Assembly: GCA_013239625.1 (NCBI GenBank)
Contig: MU053559.1
Span: 1,178,001-1,240,000 of the forward strand
Direction of reading: 5' to 3'
Origin: Lama guanicoe
Taxonomy: Eukaryota
DNA length: 62,000 nucleotides
Shown here: piece after piece, positions 1-12,224 of the stretch
Layout of the letters: every line of letters begins with the position of its first letter
Numbering within the stretch: position 1 is the first letter of the stretch
Program-made: the position numbers and the translations under genes
The notes under the pieces: model-generated
What the model saw: the letters and a program-made list of their open reading frames with translations, nothing else
Told to the model about the DNA's origin: nothing
The model's database searches: none

Positions 1-213
1 GAAGTTGTTTTATTTATACCACCTAAGGATTTGTGAAAAGTGACTATGAATATGCAGGAACTGAACAAAGGATAAATGTCAGAATACAGGGAAGCTTAAA
101 GTTTAAAATGTATAGGATTATTCTACCCAAAACCATAAAGGCTTTGCCTTACACTTATCTTCTGATCATAATACTGAGGCTAGATGTGGAGCCCTTATTT
201 AGCTTTTAATTCT

Positions 214-327
214 TGTTTTTGGAGGCGGGGATTAGGTTTTTTTTTTTTAATGGAGGTACTGAGGATTGACCCCAGGACTTTGCACATGCTAAGCACCTGC
301 TCTACTACTGAGCTCTGCCCTCCCCTC
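214..327 (-). mobile_element. tRNA-Ala-derived SINE (vic-1-like)
   Basis: A/B boxes; TSD TTAGCTTyTAATTCT. Confidence 0.85.
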
Positions 328-1344
328 TTAGCTTCTAATTCTGATTTTACATATTTGCTTCTACATTTTTACTAGGAGTATTCCAAAGTTGTCATAATGG
401 CACATGAGTGATACAAAAAGATTTATTGTCATGTGCTAATAGTTTGAACAAAATCTTTTCTATTTGAACCATATGAACTAACATTTAATGAGACAACCTT
501 ACAGCTAATGGTACCACTGAAAATTATTCATCTTTCACGCTTAGACTGTCATTTTGTATAAAATGCAAGTAAGTTTCTAAGCTGCGAGACCTGAGTGTTC
601 ATGTGTAAATTGCAGGCAAATGGCTCCAACATGGCGTCCTGGCCACCTTGCTTTTCTCCACATGCGTCACGTACTCAAGGCTTAACTGCAGTCACCAGAG
701 CACTGGCAGAACGCCCTGTGATCCTCCCCTGGAACAGGGCAGCCTTGTGAGGAGCTGTCACAGGATGTTTCTCAATCTGCCTTTCTACCTCCCAGCAGTC
801 TTTCTATCTTGCTAGAGGCTCCCACAAAGCCATTTCTCATCCATCATCACTGAATCGGATAAGACATGGGACTTTCTGCTCTAATGCCTCCCCTTAGGGT
901 ACAGCTGCAGGCTTCTCTGTAAGTCCTACAACTGCTTGGCTGTAGTTGAGAGGGGGGCTCTCAATGACCGAGTGACCCGCCGCACATGCTTTCTGTCTTC
1001 TGGCCCCTCTGGTTCAGTGTCATTCTGTGGGACTAGGCATATGGGCAGTGACACAATACTGACCTGGCTTTTACTGTCTGTGTTAATAGTATATCCAATG
1101 ATTGTCTCCTTACCAGCTGAATGTATGGAAATATGACAAGCCAACTTAACCACACTGCTGCTTAGGGACTGCTTAACCACTTGACAAATTGTCACCCAAC
1201 ATGGGGCGGGTAAAGCCATGATGCCTTTTTGGAGAAAAGACACAGGGGCAGTGGAGGTCAAGTTAGGGGTTATGAGGAACCCCTTGGGATCTGGCAGTGC
1301 ATGCTCTTTCTTTTTTTTTTTCAGGGCACTGCCACAGGTAAAAA

Positions 1345-1640
1345 GCATTCATGGGGCAGACTCCCCTCCCACACACAATTTGTCACCTGTGGGTGAGTCA
1401 AAATTTAGTGCAAGTTCCCCTACCATCTGATATCCAAAGCTTTCACTATATAGATGATGTCCTGTTGTTCGGCAAGTCACAAGCTGTAGTCTCAGCAGCC
1501 CTGACTGTGGTGTCATCGCATCTTTACCAGCAGGAATAACTGATCCACCCCAACAACGTCCAGAGTCCTGCTTGCCAAGTGAAGTTTCTTGGATCTATGA
1601 GGATTGTTTACAGCACTCAGTCCCTCTGGAAGCCAAGTTT
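1345..1640 (+). mobile_element. ERVL-class pol fragment (reverse transcriptase)
   Basis: ICHLWVSQNL...HYIDDVLL (YIDD at 1447-1458)...LIHPNNVQSPACQVKFLG. Confidence 0.8.
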
Positions 1641-1656
1641 AAAAATCTACTGTCTT

Positions 1657-1929
1657 GGGTGGAGGGTATAGCTCAGTGGTAGAGTGCAGTGCTTAGCATG
1701 GACGAGGTCCTGGATTCAACCCCTGGTACCTCCATTTGAAAAAATAATGATAAATAAATAAACCTCATTACCTCCCCACCAAAATTTTTTTTAAAAAGGC
1801 AGGGAATGTATAGCTCAGTGGTAGAGTGCATGCTTGGCATAAAAAAGGTCCTGGGTTCAATCCCCAGTACCTCTATTAAAATAAATAAATATACCTAATT
1901 TCCTTCCCCCCGAAAATTAAAAAAAAAAA
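1657..1929 (+). mobile_element. Tandem dimer of tRNA-Ala-derived SINE
   Basis: Two TAGCTCAGTGGTAGAG heads; one flanking TSD with core CTACTGTCT. Confidence 0.85.
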
Positions 1930-4900
1930 CCCTACTGTCTGCCAGACTTGTAACTTCTGCAAAGTGTTGTGATTAAAGAGCCTCCATTACGCTGGGCATT
2001 GGCCCCACCTGTTCCTAATAGATGGCTGTCAGACTTGTGACACTCAGGTTATCAGTGGTGCCTCACTAAAGTTGATATTTTTTCAAACTGTGTCATGTTT
2101 TACTTGATGGACATACACCCAAGTGGTTGTTATGGATGCTGCTGGAAGTGCCGGAGTAACAGATGTTTTAAGTATGCGTAATACTTCTTCTGGTTGTATG
2201 AAATATTTCCAGTGGAGAAATGCCACAGTTAAAACAGTAGCAGTGGGATAAGACACAACCAGGAGCCTACCTGGCTTCCCCAGCCCAGCCATATGGTGTC
2301 ACTGAAATAACACACGATGGGGGTGGGGAGGCTGATCATCGTATTAAACAAAAAGACTAATAGAGGTGGGAGTGCTTTAAATAAAAATTCAACAGATTGC
2401 CATCCCACTCAGGCCAGTCAGGCCCCAATGAGCCTTTTGAACTACAAGTGTCAGTGACTGATAATTATGCAGACTGGAGCCTGTAGGTAAAAGGAGTTGC
2501 CACTAGTCCACAGTCTCTGCTGTTGCTTTGCACATGGAACTTGCCTTTGCACATCAAGATTCCTGAGAATAAATGGATTTGATTCATGGACAGATCAGCT
2601 AAATCAGAGTCGGATAGGGCACCCTGGGACACTTGCAGCAGGGCAACTACCAAAACAAAACAAAACTGTTGGAAGCTTTGCCTGAAGCACGCAGACCCAG
2701 GAAAGGGCTCTGCCCCGCTGAGGGCAGCATCAACACAGATGGAGCAGGAAGCGCTGGGAAACAAGGAAAAGTGCTCCCATCTCCCAATCCCCACATCTTC
2801 CACCCCAAATCCACAGGCACCAGACAGGACCAGAAAATTAACATCCACCCCTGGCACCAGCAACCATTGATAGAGTGCTCCAGTGGCACCAGGCAACCAA
2901 AGCAGACCAGAATGACATTGCAAGGTCTCTGAAAACTAAATTGTTATTGGAACCACAGCCCCAAAGGTCAGGACCTGTATGCTAAACCTAAACAGAGTGA
3001 CTGACTGCTAAAACAGAGGATTTAAATAGGATCCTGAGTCCCCTAGCATAATAGACAAAATGTCCAGGATACAATAAAAATCAGAGGTCATTCCAAAAAC
3101 CAGAAAAACCACAATGTGACTGAAAAGACAATCAATAGAAGCCAATAGCAAGATTAATCGGATGTTGGAATGGTCTGACAAGGATTTTAAAGTAGTTATT
3201 ATAAAAATGATTTAACAAGGAATTACAAATAAATTTGAAACGAAGAAATAGAAATCCTCATCAAATATAAGATATAAAATAAGGACCAAATGGAAAGATA
3301 GAACTGAAAAATATAAGCAAAATTTAAAACTCATGCAAAAGGATCAATGGAAGAATGAATTTGACAGAGGAAAAGTGATCCTGAAGATAAACAATAGTGA
3401 TCTTGATGTTAAACAATAGAAATTACCCAGTCTGAACAACAGACAGAAAATATACTGAAAAAAAGGTGAACAGAAGCTCAGGGATCTATAGGGCAACAAT
3501 GAAGATCTGAGATTCATATTGTTGGACAACCAGAAGTAGAGGAGAAAGAGAATGAAAGGGAAATAAAGACATTCTCAGATAAGGGAAAACAAAAACAATT
3601 TGTTGCTAGTAGATCCACCCTTCAAGCATGGCTAAAGGAGGTTCTCCAAACAAAATTAAAATGACAAAGTCTCGGAACTTCCAGAAAGAAAAACAAAACA
3701 AAACAAAACAAAAAAACAATAAAAACCAACCCCACGGAATGGGTTAAAATGGAGCAAGTGTCCTTCTGCTCATGAGCTTTTTAAACCATATCTGATAGTT
3801 GATGCAAAAATAATAACATCAGTGTATGTAGAGGAAATACTTAAGACAATTATGTTTTAAAAGGCAGAAAGTTAAAAGGAACTAAAGAGAAGTAAGTTTT
3901 CTCCACTTCAATCAAAGTGGTAAAACACTGCTATCTGTAGGCTGTGATAAGTTACACCTGCACATTGTAATTCCTAGAGCAACCACTAGAAAAACATAAA
4001 AGATAACACTAAAAAATTATTTAAATAAAAATGGAATTCTAAAAAATGCTTATGTAGCCAAAGGAAGGCAAGAGGAGAGAAACAGAAGAATAAAAATTAG
4101 AGGGGACAAATAGAAAGCAAATAATAAAATGGCAGACATAAGCCCAAACATATGTCGCTAATTACTCCCCCCCTTTTTAAACATTTTTTTATTGATTTAT
4201 AATCATTTTACAATGTTCTGTTGTCACTAATTACTTTAAATGGTCAAAATATACCAATTAAAAGACAGAGATTGGCAGAGTGAATAGAAAACACAAACTA
4301 TATGCTATCTACAAGAAATTCACTTCAAGTATAATGACCAATAGGTAGATTGAAAGGAAAAGAAAGGAAAAAGAAAAGCAATGCAAACATACAGTTTTTA
4401 AAGAAAACTTCAGAGCAGATAAACTTATAAGGACAAAGAGGAATATTGCATTATGATAAAAGAATCACTCCATCAAGAAGACATAGCAATCCTAAATATG
4501 TATGCACTAAACAAAATCACTTCAAGATACATGAAGCAAAAACTGGGCTGAAAGAAGAAACAGATAAATCCACAATTATAATTGAGGACATCAGTGCTTC
4601 ACATCAGCAATTAACAGAACTACTGGAGAGAAATTCAGCAATGATAAAGAAAAACTGAACACCACCACTGATCAACAGGATCTAAGTGGTATTTATAGAA
4701 CATTCAACCCAACAATTACAGAATACACATTCTTTTCACATGTCCATGGAACATTCACCAAGATGGACAATTACCTGAGCCATGAAGCAAATCTCAACAA
4801 ATTTAGAAGAATTTAAATCATATATGATCTGACTGTGTGGAATCAAACCAGAAATCAGTAACAGAAAGACAAGATGTAAACCTTCAAAACGCTTATTTAA

Positions 4901-5367
4901 AAACATGCTTCTCAACAACCCAGGGGTCAAAATGGAAGTCAAGAGGAAATTTTACAAATGTATAAAACTGAAAGAGAAGAAAAATACAATGTATCAAAAT
5001 CTGTGCAACACGCTAAAGCAGTGCTGAGAGGGATATTTGCAGCACAAGATGCTTACATTAGAAAAGAGGAAAGTTCTCAAATCAATAATCAAAGTTCCTA
5101 CCTCAATAAACTAGAAAAAGAAGAGCAAAATAGACCCAAAGCAAGCAGAAGGAAGGAAATAAAAGAATAAGAGCAAAAATCAGTAAGATTGAGAACAGAA
5201 AAATGGTAAAATCAATGAAACATATATTCATTTTCATATAGTTTTCCACCATAAGTTACTACAACATATGATACAATATTATAAACTGACTATATTTCAA
5301 TTAAAAAATATACATTCAAAAAAGATGAAAAGAACAAAATTCAATGAAACAAAAAAGCTAAATCTCG

Positions 5368-8299
5368 TTTTTTATTGAAGTTGATTTACAATGTTAGTTT
5401 CAGGTGCACAGCAAAGTGACTCAGTTATACATATATATACATTTTTTTTCAGATTCTTTTCCATTATATGTTATTACAAGAAATTGACTATAGTTCCCTG
5501 AGCTATATAGTAAGAGCTTGTTGTTTGTTTATTTTATATATTCATAGTGTGTACCTGTTAATCCCAAACTCCTAATTTATCCATCCCCTGTTCTTTCCCT
5601 TTTGGTAGCCAGAGTTTGTTTTCTATGTCCATGAGTCTGTTTTTGGTTTGTAAATAGAATTTGTATCATTTTTTTTTAGATTCCACATATAAGTGATATC
5701 ACATGATATTTGTCTTCCTCTGTCTGACTTCACTTACTATGATAAGTTCTAGGTCCATCCACGTTGCTGCAAATGGCCTTATTTCATCCTTTTTAATGGC
5801 TAAGTAATATTCCATTATATACATATACATATAATGGAATATATATATATGTATATATATATCACACATATACCACATCTTATTTATCCATTCATAGACA
5901 TTTAGGTTGCTTCCATGTCTTGGCCATTGTAAATAGTGCTGCTATGAATATTGGGGTGCATATGTCTTTTAGAATTATAATTTTCTCCAGATATAGGCCC
6001 AGGAATGGAATTGCTGGATCACATAGTAAGTCTATTTTTAGTTTCTTAAGGAGCCTCCATACTGGCTACACCAATTTACATTCCCTCCAACAGTGTAGGA
6101 GGGTTCCTTTTTGTCCACACCCTCTCCAGCATTTATTATTTGTAGACATTTTAATGCTGGCCATTCTAACTGGTGTGAGGTGATAACTCATTAGAGTTTG
6201 GATTTGCCTTTCTCTAATAATTAGCAATATTGAGCATGTTTTTATGTGCCTGTTGGCAATCTGGACATCTTCCTTGGAGAAATATCTATTTAGATCTTCT
6301 GCCCATTTTTTGATTGGGTTTTTTTTTTTATATTAAGCTGCATGAGCTGTTGGTATATTTTGGAAATTAGTCCCTTGTTGATCATGCCATTTGCAAATAT
6401 TTTCTCCCATTCTGTAGGTTGTCTTTGCATTTTGTTTATGGTTTCCTTTGCTGTGCAAAAGCTTTTAAGTTTGATTAGGTCCCATTTGTATATTTTTGCT
6501 TTTATTTCCGTTACTCTAGGAGTTGGTTCAAAAAAATATTGCTGCAATTTATGTCAAAGAGTGTACTCATGTTCTGCCTATGTTTTCCTCTAGGAGTTTT
6601 ATAGTACCTGGTCTTACATTTAGGTCTTTAATCCATTTTGAGTTTATTTTTGTATATGGTGTTCGAGAGTGCTCTGATTTCATTCTTTTACGTGTAACTG
6701 TCCAGTTTTCCCAGCACCACTCATTGAAGAGACTATCTTTTCTCCATTGTATATTCTTACTGCCTTTGTCATAGATAAACTGACCATAAGTATGGGGGGT
6801 TATTTCTGGCCTTTCTATCCTGTTCCATTGATCTATGTGTCTGTTTTTGTGCTGGTACCATACTCTTTTGATTACTGTAGCTTTGTAGTATAGTCTAAAG
6901 TCAGGGAGTGTGATTCCTCCAGCGTCGTTCTTCTTTCTCAAGGTTGTTTTGGCTATTTGGGGTCTTTTGTGTACTCATACAAATTAAAAATTTTTTCTTT
7001 CAATTATGTGAAAAATGTTATTTGTAATTTGATAAGGATTGCCCTGAATCTATATATTGCCTTGGGTAGTATAGACATTTTAACACTATTGATTCTTCCA
7101 ATCCAAGAACACTGTATGTCTTTCCAAATCTGTTTGTGTCATCTTCAATTTCTTTCATCAGCTTCTTATAGTTTTCAGAGTACAGGTCCTTTGCCTCCTT
7201 AAGTAGGTTTATTCCTGGATATTTTATCCTTTTTGATGTGATGGTAAATGGGATTGTTTCCTTAAGTTTTTTTTCTGATATTTTGTTGTTAGTGTATAGA
7301 AACGAAACTGATTCCTGTGTATTAATTTTGTATCCTGCAACTTTAGCAAATCCATTGATGAGCTCTAGTAGTTTTCTGGTAGCCTCTTTAGGGTTTTCTA
7401 TGTATAGTATCATGTCATCTGCAAACAGTGACAGTTTTACTTCTTCTTTTCCAATTTGGATTCCTTTTATTTCTTTTTCTTCTCTGATTGCTGTGGCTAG
7501 GGCTTCGAAAACTATGTTGAAGAAAAGTGGCAAGAGTGGGCATCCTTGTCTTCTTCCTGATCTTAAGGGAAATGCTTTCAGCTTTTCACCATTGAGTATG
7601 ATGTTAGCTGTGGATCCGTCTGTATTATGTTGAGGTATGTTCCCTCTGTGCCCACTTTCTGGAGAGTTTTTTTATTGTAAATCAATGTTAAATTTTATCA
7701 AAAGCTTTTAGTGCATCTACTGAAATGATTATATGGTTTTTATTCTTCAGTTTGTTAATGTGGTGTATCATATTGATTGGTTTATGGATATTGGAAAATC
7801 CCTGCAATGAATCCTACTTGATCATAGTGTGTGATCCTTTTAATGTATTGTTGATGTCGACTTGCTAGTATTTTGTTGAGGATTTTGCACCTATATTCAT
7901 AAGTGATATTGGCCTATAACTTTCTTTTTTGTGACATCTTTTGTCTGGTTTTGGTATCAGGGTGATAGTGGCTTCATAGAATGAGTTTTGAAGTGTTTCT
8001 TCCTCTGCAATTTTTTGGAATGGTTTCAGAAGGGTAAGTGTTAACTTTTCTCTAAATGTTTGGTAGAATTCCCCTGTGAAGACATCTGGCCCTGGATTTT
8101 GTTGGGAGCTTTTAAATTACTGATTCAATTTCAGTGTCGGTAATTGGTCTGTTCACATTGTCTATTTCTTCCTGATTCAGTCTTGGGAGATTGTACCTTT
8201 CTAAGAGATTGTCCATTTCTTCTAGTTTGTCCATTTTGTTGGCATATAGTTGCTCAAGTAGCCTCTTATGATCCTTTGTATTTCTATAGTGTTGGTTGT
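5368..8299 (-). mobile_element. Younger 5'-truncated L1 (ORF2 RT domain to 3'UTR), antisense in the older L1
   Basis: [46 protein letters not shown]; 3' tail at left end. Confidence 0.95.
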
Positions 8300-8596
8300 A
8301 AAAAAATCTTTGAAAAGATTAATAAAACTAAAAAGCCTCTAGAAAGACTGAGAAAGATTTTAAAAAGATACAAATCACCATTATCAGAAATAAAGCAGGA
8401 GATATCTCTACAGATCCTGCAGCTATTAAAAGGATTACAAGTTAATACTATGAACAACTTTAGGGTCATAACTTCAACAACTTAGAAGAAATGGACTGAA
8501 TACTTCAAAACCACAAACTACCAAACTAATCTAAATAGTCCTATAACCATCAAAGAGAGTGCATTTGTTATTTAGCCCTCAAAAAAAGAAATCTTG

Positions 8597-8830
8597 GGGG
8601 GGTGGAGGGTGGGAAGGGATAGACTGGGATTTCAAAATTGTAGAATAGATAAACAAGATTACACTGTATAGCACAGGGAAATATACACAAAATGTTATGA
8701 TAAATCACAGAGAAAAAAATGTGACAATGAGTGTGTATATGTCCATGAATGGCTGAAAGATTGTGCTGAACAATGGAATTTGACACAACATTGTAAAATG
8801 ATTATAAATCAATAAAAAATGTTAAAAAAA
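8597..8830 (+). mobile_element. L1 3'-end fragment
   Basis: G-tract, CTGTATAGCACAGGGAA motif, AATAAA and A-tail. Confidence 0.8.
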
Positions 8831-10295
8831 ATGTCAGTTCTCCCCAAATGGATCTGTAAGGTTCATGGAATTACTATGAAAATGCCAGCCAAGTTTTTCA
8901 TAAACATAGACAAGATTTTTCTAAAATGTGTATGGAAAAGCAAAGACTGAAATAGCTAAAATAATTTTGGAAAAAGGAAAAAAAGGAGGAACCCCTCCAC
9001 CTGATATTAAGGCTTATTACAGAGATACAGGGATCAAGAGAGTGTGGCACTGGCAGAGGCATAATCATATAGATCAACGGAGCAGAATGGAGAACCCGGA
9101 CATAGATCCACACAAATATGCTCAGTTGATTTTGTCAAGGGAGTGAAAGCAAGTCAATGGAAGAAGAACAGCCCACTCAACAATGGTGCTGGAGCAAGTA
9201 GACGTCAATGGGGAAAGAACCAGGAACCTCACACCTCACACAAAATTAACTCAAAATGGATCACGGACTTAAACGTAAAATGTAAAACTTTAGAACTTTT
9301 GAAAGAAACATAGGAGAAAATGTTCAGGACCTCAGGCTAGATAGAGAATTCTTATACATGACACCAAAGAACACAATCCATAAAAGGGGTAATGTGGCTA
9401 ATTGGGCTTCATCCAAATTAAAATGTTTTGCCCTGGGAGAAACTCTGTTCAGAGAATGAAAAAACAAGCTATAGACTGGGGAAAAATGCTTGCAAAAAAA
9501 TGTATTCAACAAAAGACTTGTATCTAAAATAAAGAACTCTCAAAATGTAGCAGTGAAAAAAAAATCCAATTAGAAAATGGGCAGAAGATATGAAGAGACA
9601 TATTTACCAAACAGGATATACAGATAGCAAATAATGATGTTAGACGTCAGTAACCATCAGGGAAATACAAATGAAAATCACAGTGAGATATCCTTCCGCA
9701 GCTATCGAAATGGCTAAAATTCAAAAAGAGTGACAACACTAAATCCTGCAGAGGATGCAGAGATCACCTACACGTTGCTAGCGGGAATTTAAAATGGTAC
9801 AGCTATCCTGGACAACAATTTGAATTTGTCAGTTTCTTATAAAACTAAACATATGACCCAACATTGCATTTCTGGGCTTTTATTCCAGAGACATGAGAAC
9901 TTATATTCACACAAAAACCCATATACAAAGTGGTCTTGACAGTTTTATTCATAATACCTAAAACTGGAATTCGCTGAGATATCCTTCAGTGAAGGAATGG
10001 TTAAAGTAACCATGGTAACATCCATATGATGGAGTGTCCTCAGCGATAAAAAGGAATCAACTGGCGATACAGGAAACAATTTAGTTGGATCTCAAAGGAA
10101 TTATGCTGAGTGAAAAAAAAACAGTCTCGGAAAGTTTCGTATTGTATGGTTCTATTTATGTAGCATTCTTGAAATAACACAATTATAGAGATGGAGAACA
10201 GAATAGTGGTTGCCAAGGGGACAGGGAGTGGGGGTGGGGGACTATAAAGGCACAGCACAGGGCTCTCCTTGTCCTGATGGAACTGTTCTGTGTCT

Positions 10296-10671
10296 TTTTT
10301 TTTTCATTGAATTATGGTCAATTTACCATGTTGTGTTAATTCCTGGGGCACAGCATAGTGATTCAGTTACACACACGCGTGCGCACACACACGCACACGC
10401 GCACACACACACACACACACATATTCCTTTTCATATTCTTTTCCATTATAGGTTATTACAAGCTACTGAATATAGTTCCCTGGGCTCTACAGTAGCTCCT
10501 TGTTGTTTATTTTATACACAGTAGTGTGTATCTGCAAATCCCAGACTCCCCATTTATCCCTCCCCACCTCCTACCCCCACTGGTAACCGTAAGATTGTTT
10601 CTTATGTCTGTGAGTCTGTCTTCTGTTTTGTAAATAAGATCATTTGTGTCCTTTTTTATTTTATTTTTTCA
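10296..10671 (-). mobile_element. L1 3'-end fragment with (CA/CG)n microsatellite
   Basis: TSD GTTCTGTGTCTT at 10284-10295 and 10672-10683. Confidence 0.85.
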
Positions 10672-10882
10672 GTTCTGTGTCTTGTCTGCCGTGTTCATTA
10701 CAGGACTCAACACGTGATAGAACTGCACAGCACTGCACATATGCACACATGCACACACGCATGCACGACATATAAAGCTGGTGAAATCTGAAAAAAGTTG
10801 GTGGATTGTACCAATGTCCGTTTCCTCATTTTGATATTATACTATAGTTATGGGAAAGCTGGGTAAAAGATATATGGAATCT

Positions 10883-11990
10883 CTTTTTTTTAAATTGAAG
10901 TTTAGTTGATTTACAGTGTTGTGTTTGCTTCTGGTGTACAGCATAGTGATTCAGTTATATATATTCTTTACCAATATAGGTTATTACAAGATACCAAATG
11001 TGGTTCCCTGTGCTATACATAAGGACCTTGTTGTTTATCTACTTTACATATAGTAGCCTGTATCTGCCAATCCCAAACTCCCAATTTATCCCTCCCCCCT
11101 CTTTCCCCTTTGGTAACCATAAGTTTGTTTTCCATGTCTGTGAGTTTATGTTTTGTAAATAAGTTCATTTGTAAAACTTTTTTTAGATTCCTCATATAAG
11201 TGATATCATATGATGTTTGTCTTTCTCTTTCCGACTTAGTTCACTTACTGTGATAATCTCTAGGTCCAACCATGTTGCTGCAAATGGCATTAATTCATTT
11301 TTATGGCTGTGTAATACTCCATTGTGTGTGTGTATAAAGCATCTTTATCCATTTATCTGTTGATGGATATTAGGTTGCTTCCATGTCTTGGCTATTGTAA
11401 ATACTGCTGCTGTGCACATAGGGGTGCATGTATCTTTTTGAATTCATGTTTTCTCTGGATATATACCCAGGAGTGGGATTGCTGGATCATATGGTAACTC
11501 TATTTTTAGTTTTTTAAGGAAACTCCATACTGTTCTCCATAGTAGCTGCACCATTTACATTCCACGAACAGTGGAGGAGGGGTCCCTTTTCTCCACACCC
11601 TCTCCAGCATTTATTATTTGTAGATTTTTAATGATAGCCATTCTTTCTTTTTCTTTTTTTGGTTTTTTCTGGGGGGTGGCAATAATTAGGTTCATTTTAA
11701 TTTAATTATTGCTATTTATTTAATGGAGGTACTGGGGATTGAACCCAGGACCTCATTCATGCTAAGCGTGTGCTCTGCCCTCCCCACCGTGACCATTCTG
11801 ACTGGTGTGAGGTGATACCTCATTGTAGTTTGGATTTGCATTTCTCTGATAATTAGCAATATTGAGCATCTTTCATGTGCCTGTTGACCATTTGTATGTC
11901 TTCATTGGAGAAATGTCCATTTAGGTCTTCTGCCCATTTTTGGATTGGGTTTTTTTTTGTTATTGAGTTGTATGAAATGTTTGTATATTG
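10883..11990 (-). mobile_element. 5'-truncated L1 (contains a SINE)
   Basis: L1 ORF2 C-terminus ([11 protein letters not shown]) and 3'UTR. Confidence 0.9.
11645..11786 (-). mobile_element. tRNA-Ala-derived SINE in L1
   Basis: B box GGGTTCAATCCC; short TSD CCATTCT. Confidence 0.8.
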
Positions 11991-12080
11991 ACGTGGAACT
12001 TCTTTGTACTGTTTTTCTGTCAAGTTCATGTGAATTATTATTTCCAGATTAAGTTTTTTTTTAAAAAAAACTGCATGGAT

Positions 12081-12210
12081 GGGGAGGGTATAACTCAGTG
12101 GTAGAGTGCATGCCTGGCATGCACAAGATCCTGCGTTCAATCACCAGTACCTCCATTAAAGATGAATAAATAAATAAAAACCTAACTACCTCTCCCCAAA
12201 AAAATTTTTT
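12081..12210 (+). mobile_element. tRNA-Ala-derived SINE
   Basis: TSD AAAAACTGCATGGA at 12066-12079 and 12211-12224. Confidence 0.88.
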
Positions 12211-12224
12211 AAAAACTGCATGGA

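Larger units (their letters stand above)
2465..12060 (+). mobile_element. Old L1 (5' region, ORF1, ORF2 remnants and 3' end), fragmented by younger insertions
   Basis: L1 ORF2-like peptides (AKAVLRGIF, LEKEEQNRPKASRRKEI, WHWQRHNHIDQ); host pieces ~2465-5367, 8300-8596, 8831-10295, 10666-10882, 11991-12060. Confidence 0.85.

Noticed and set aside
6290..7533. RT-containing ORFs as an active element or host gene
   Set aside because: Fragmented ORF2 of a 5'-truncated L1 with multiple frameshifts.
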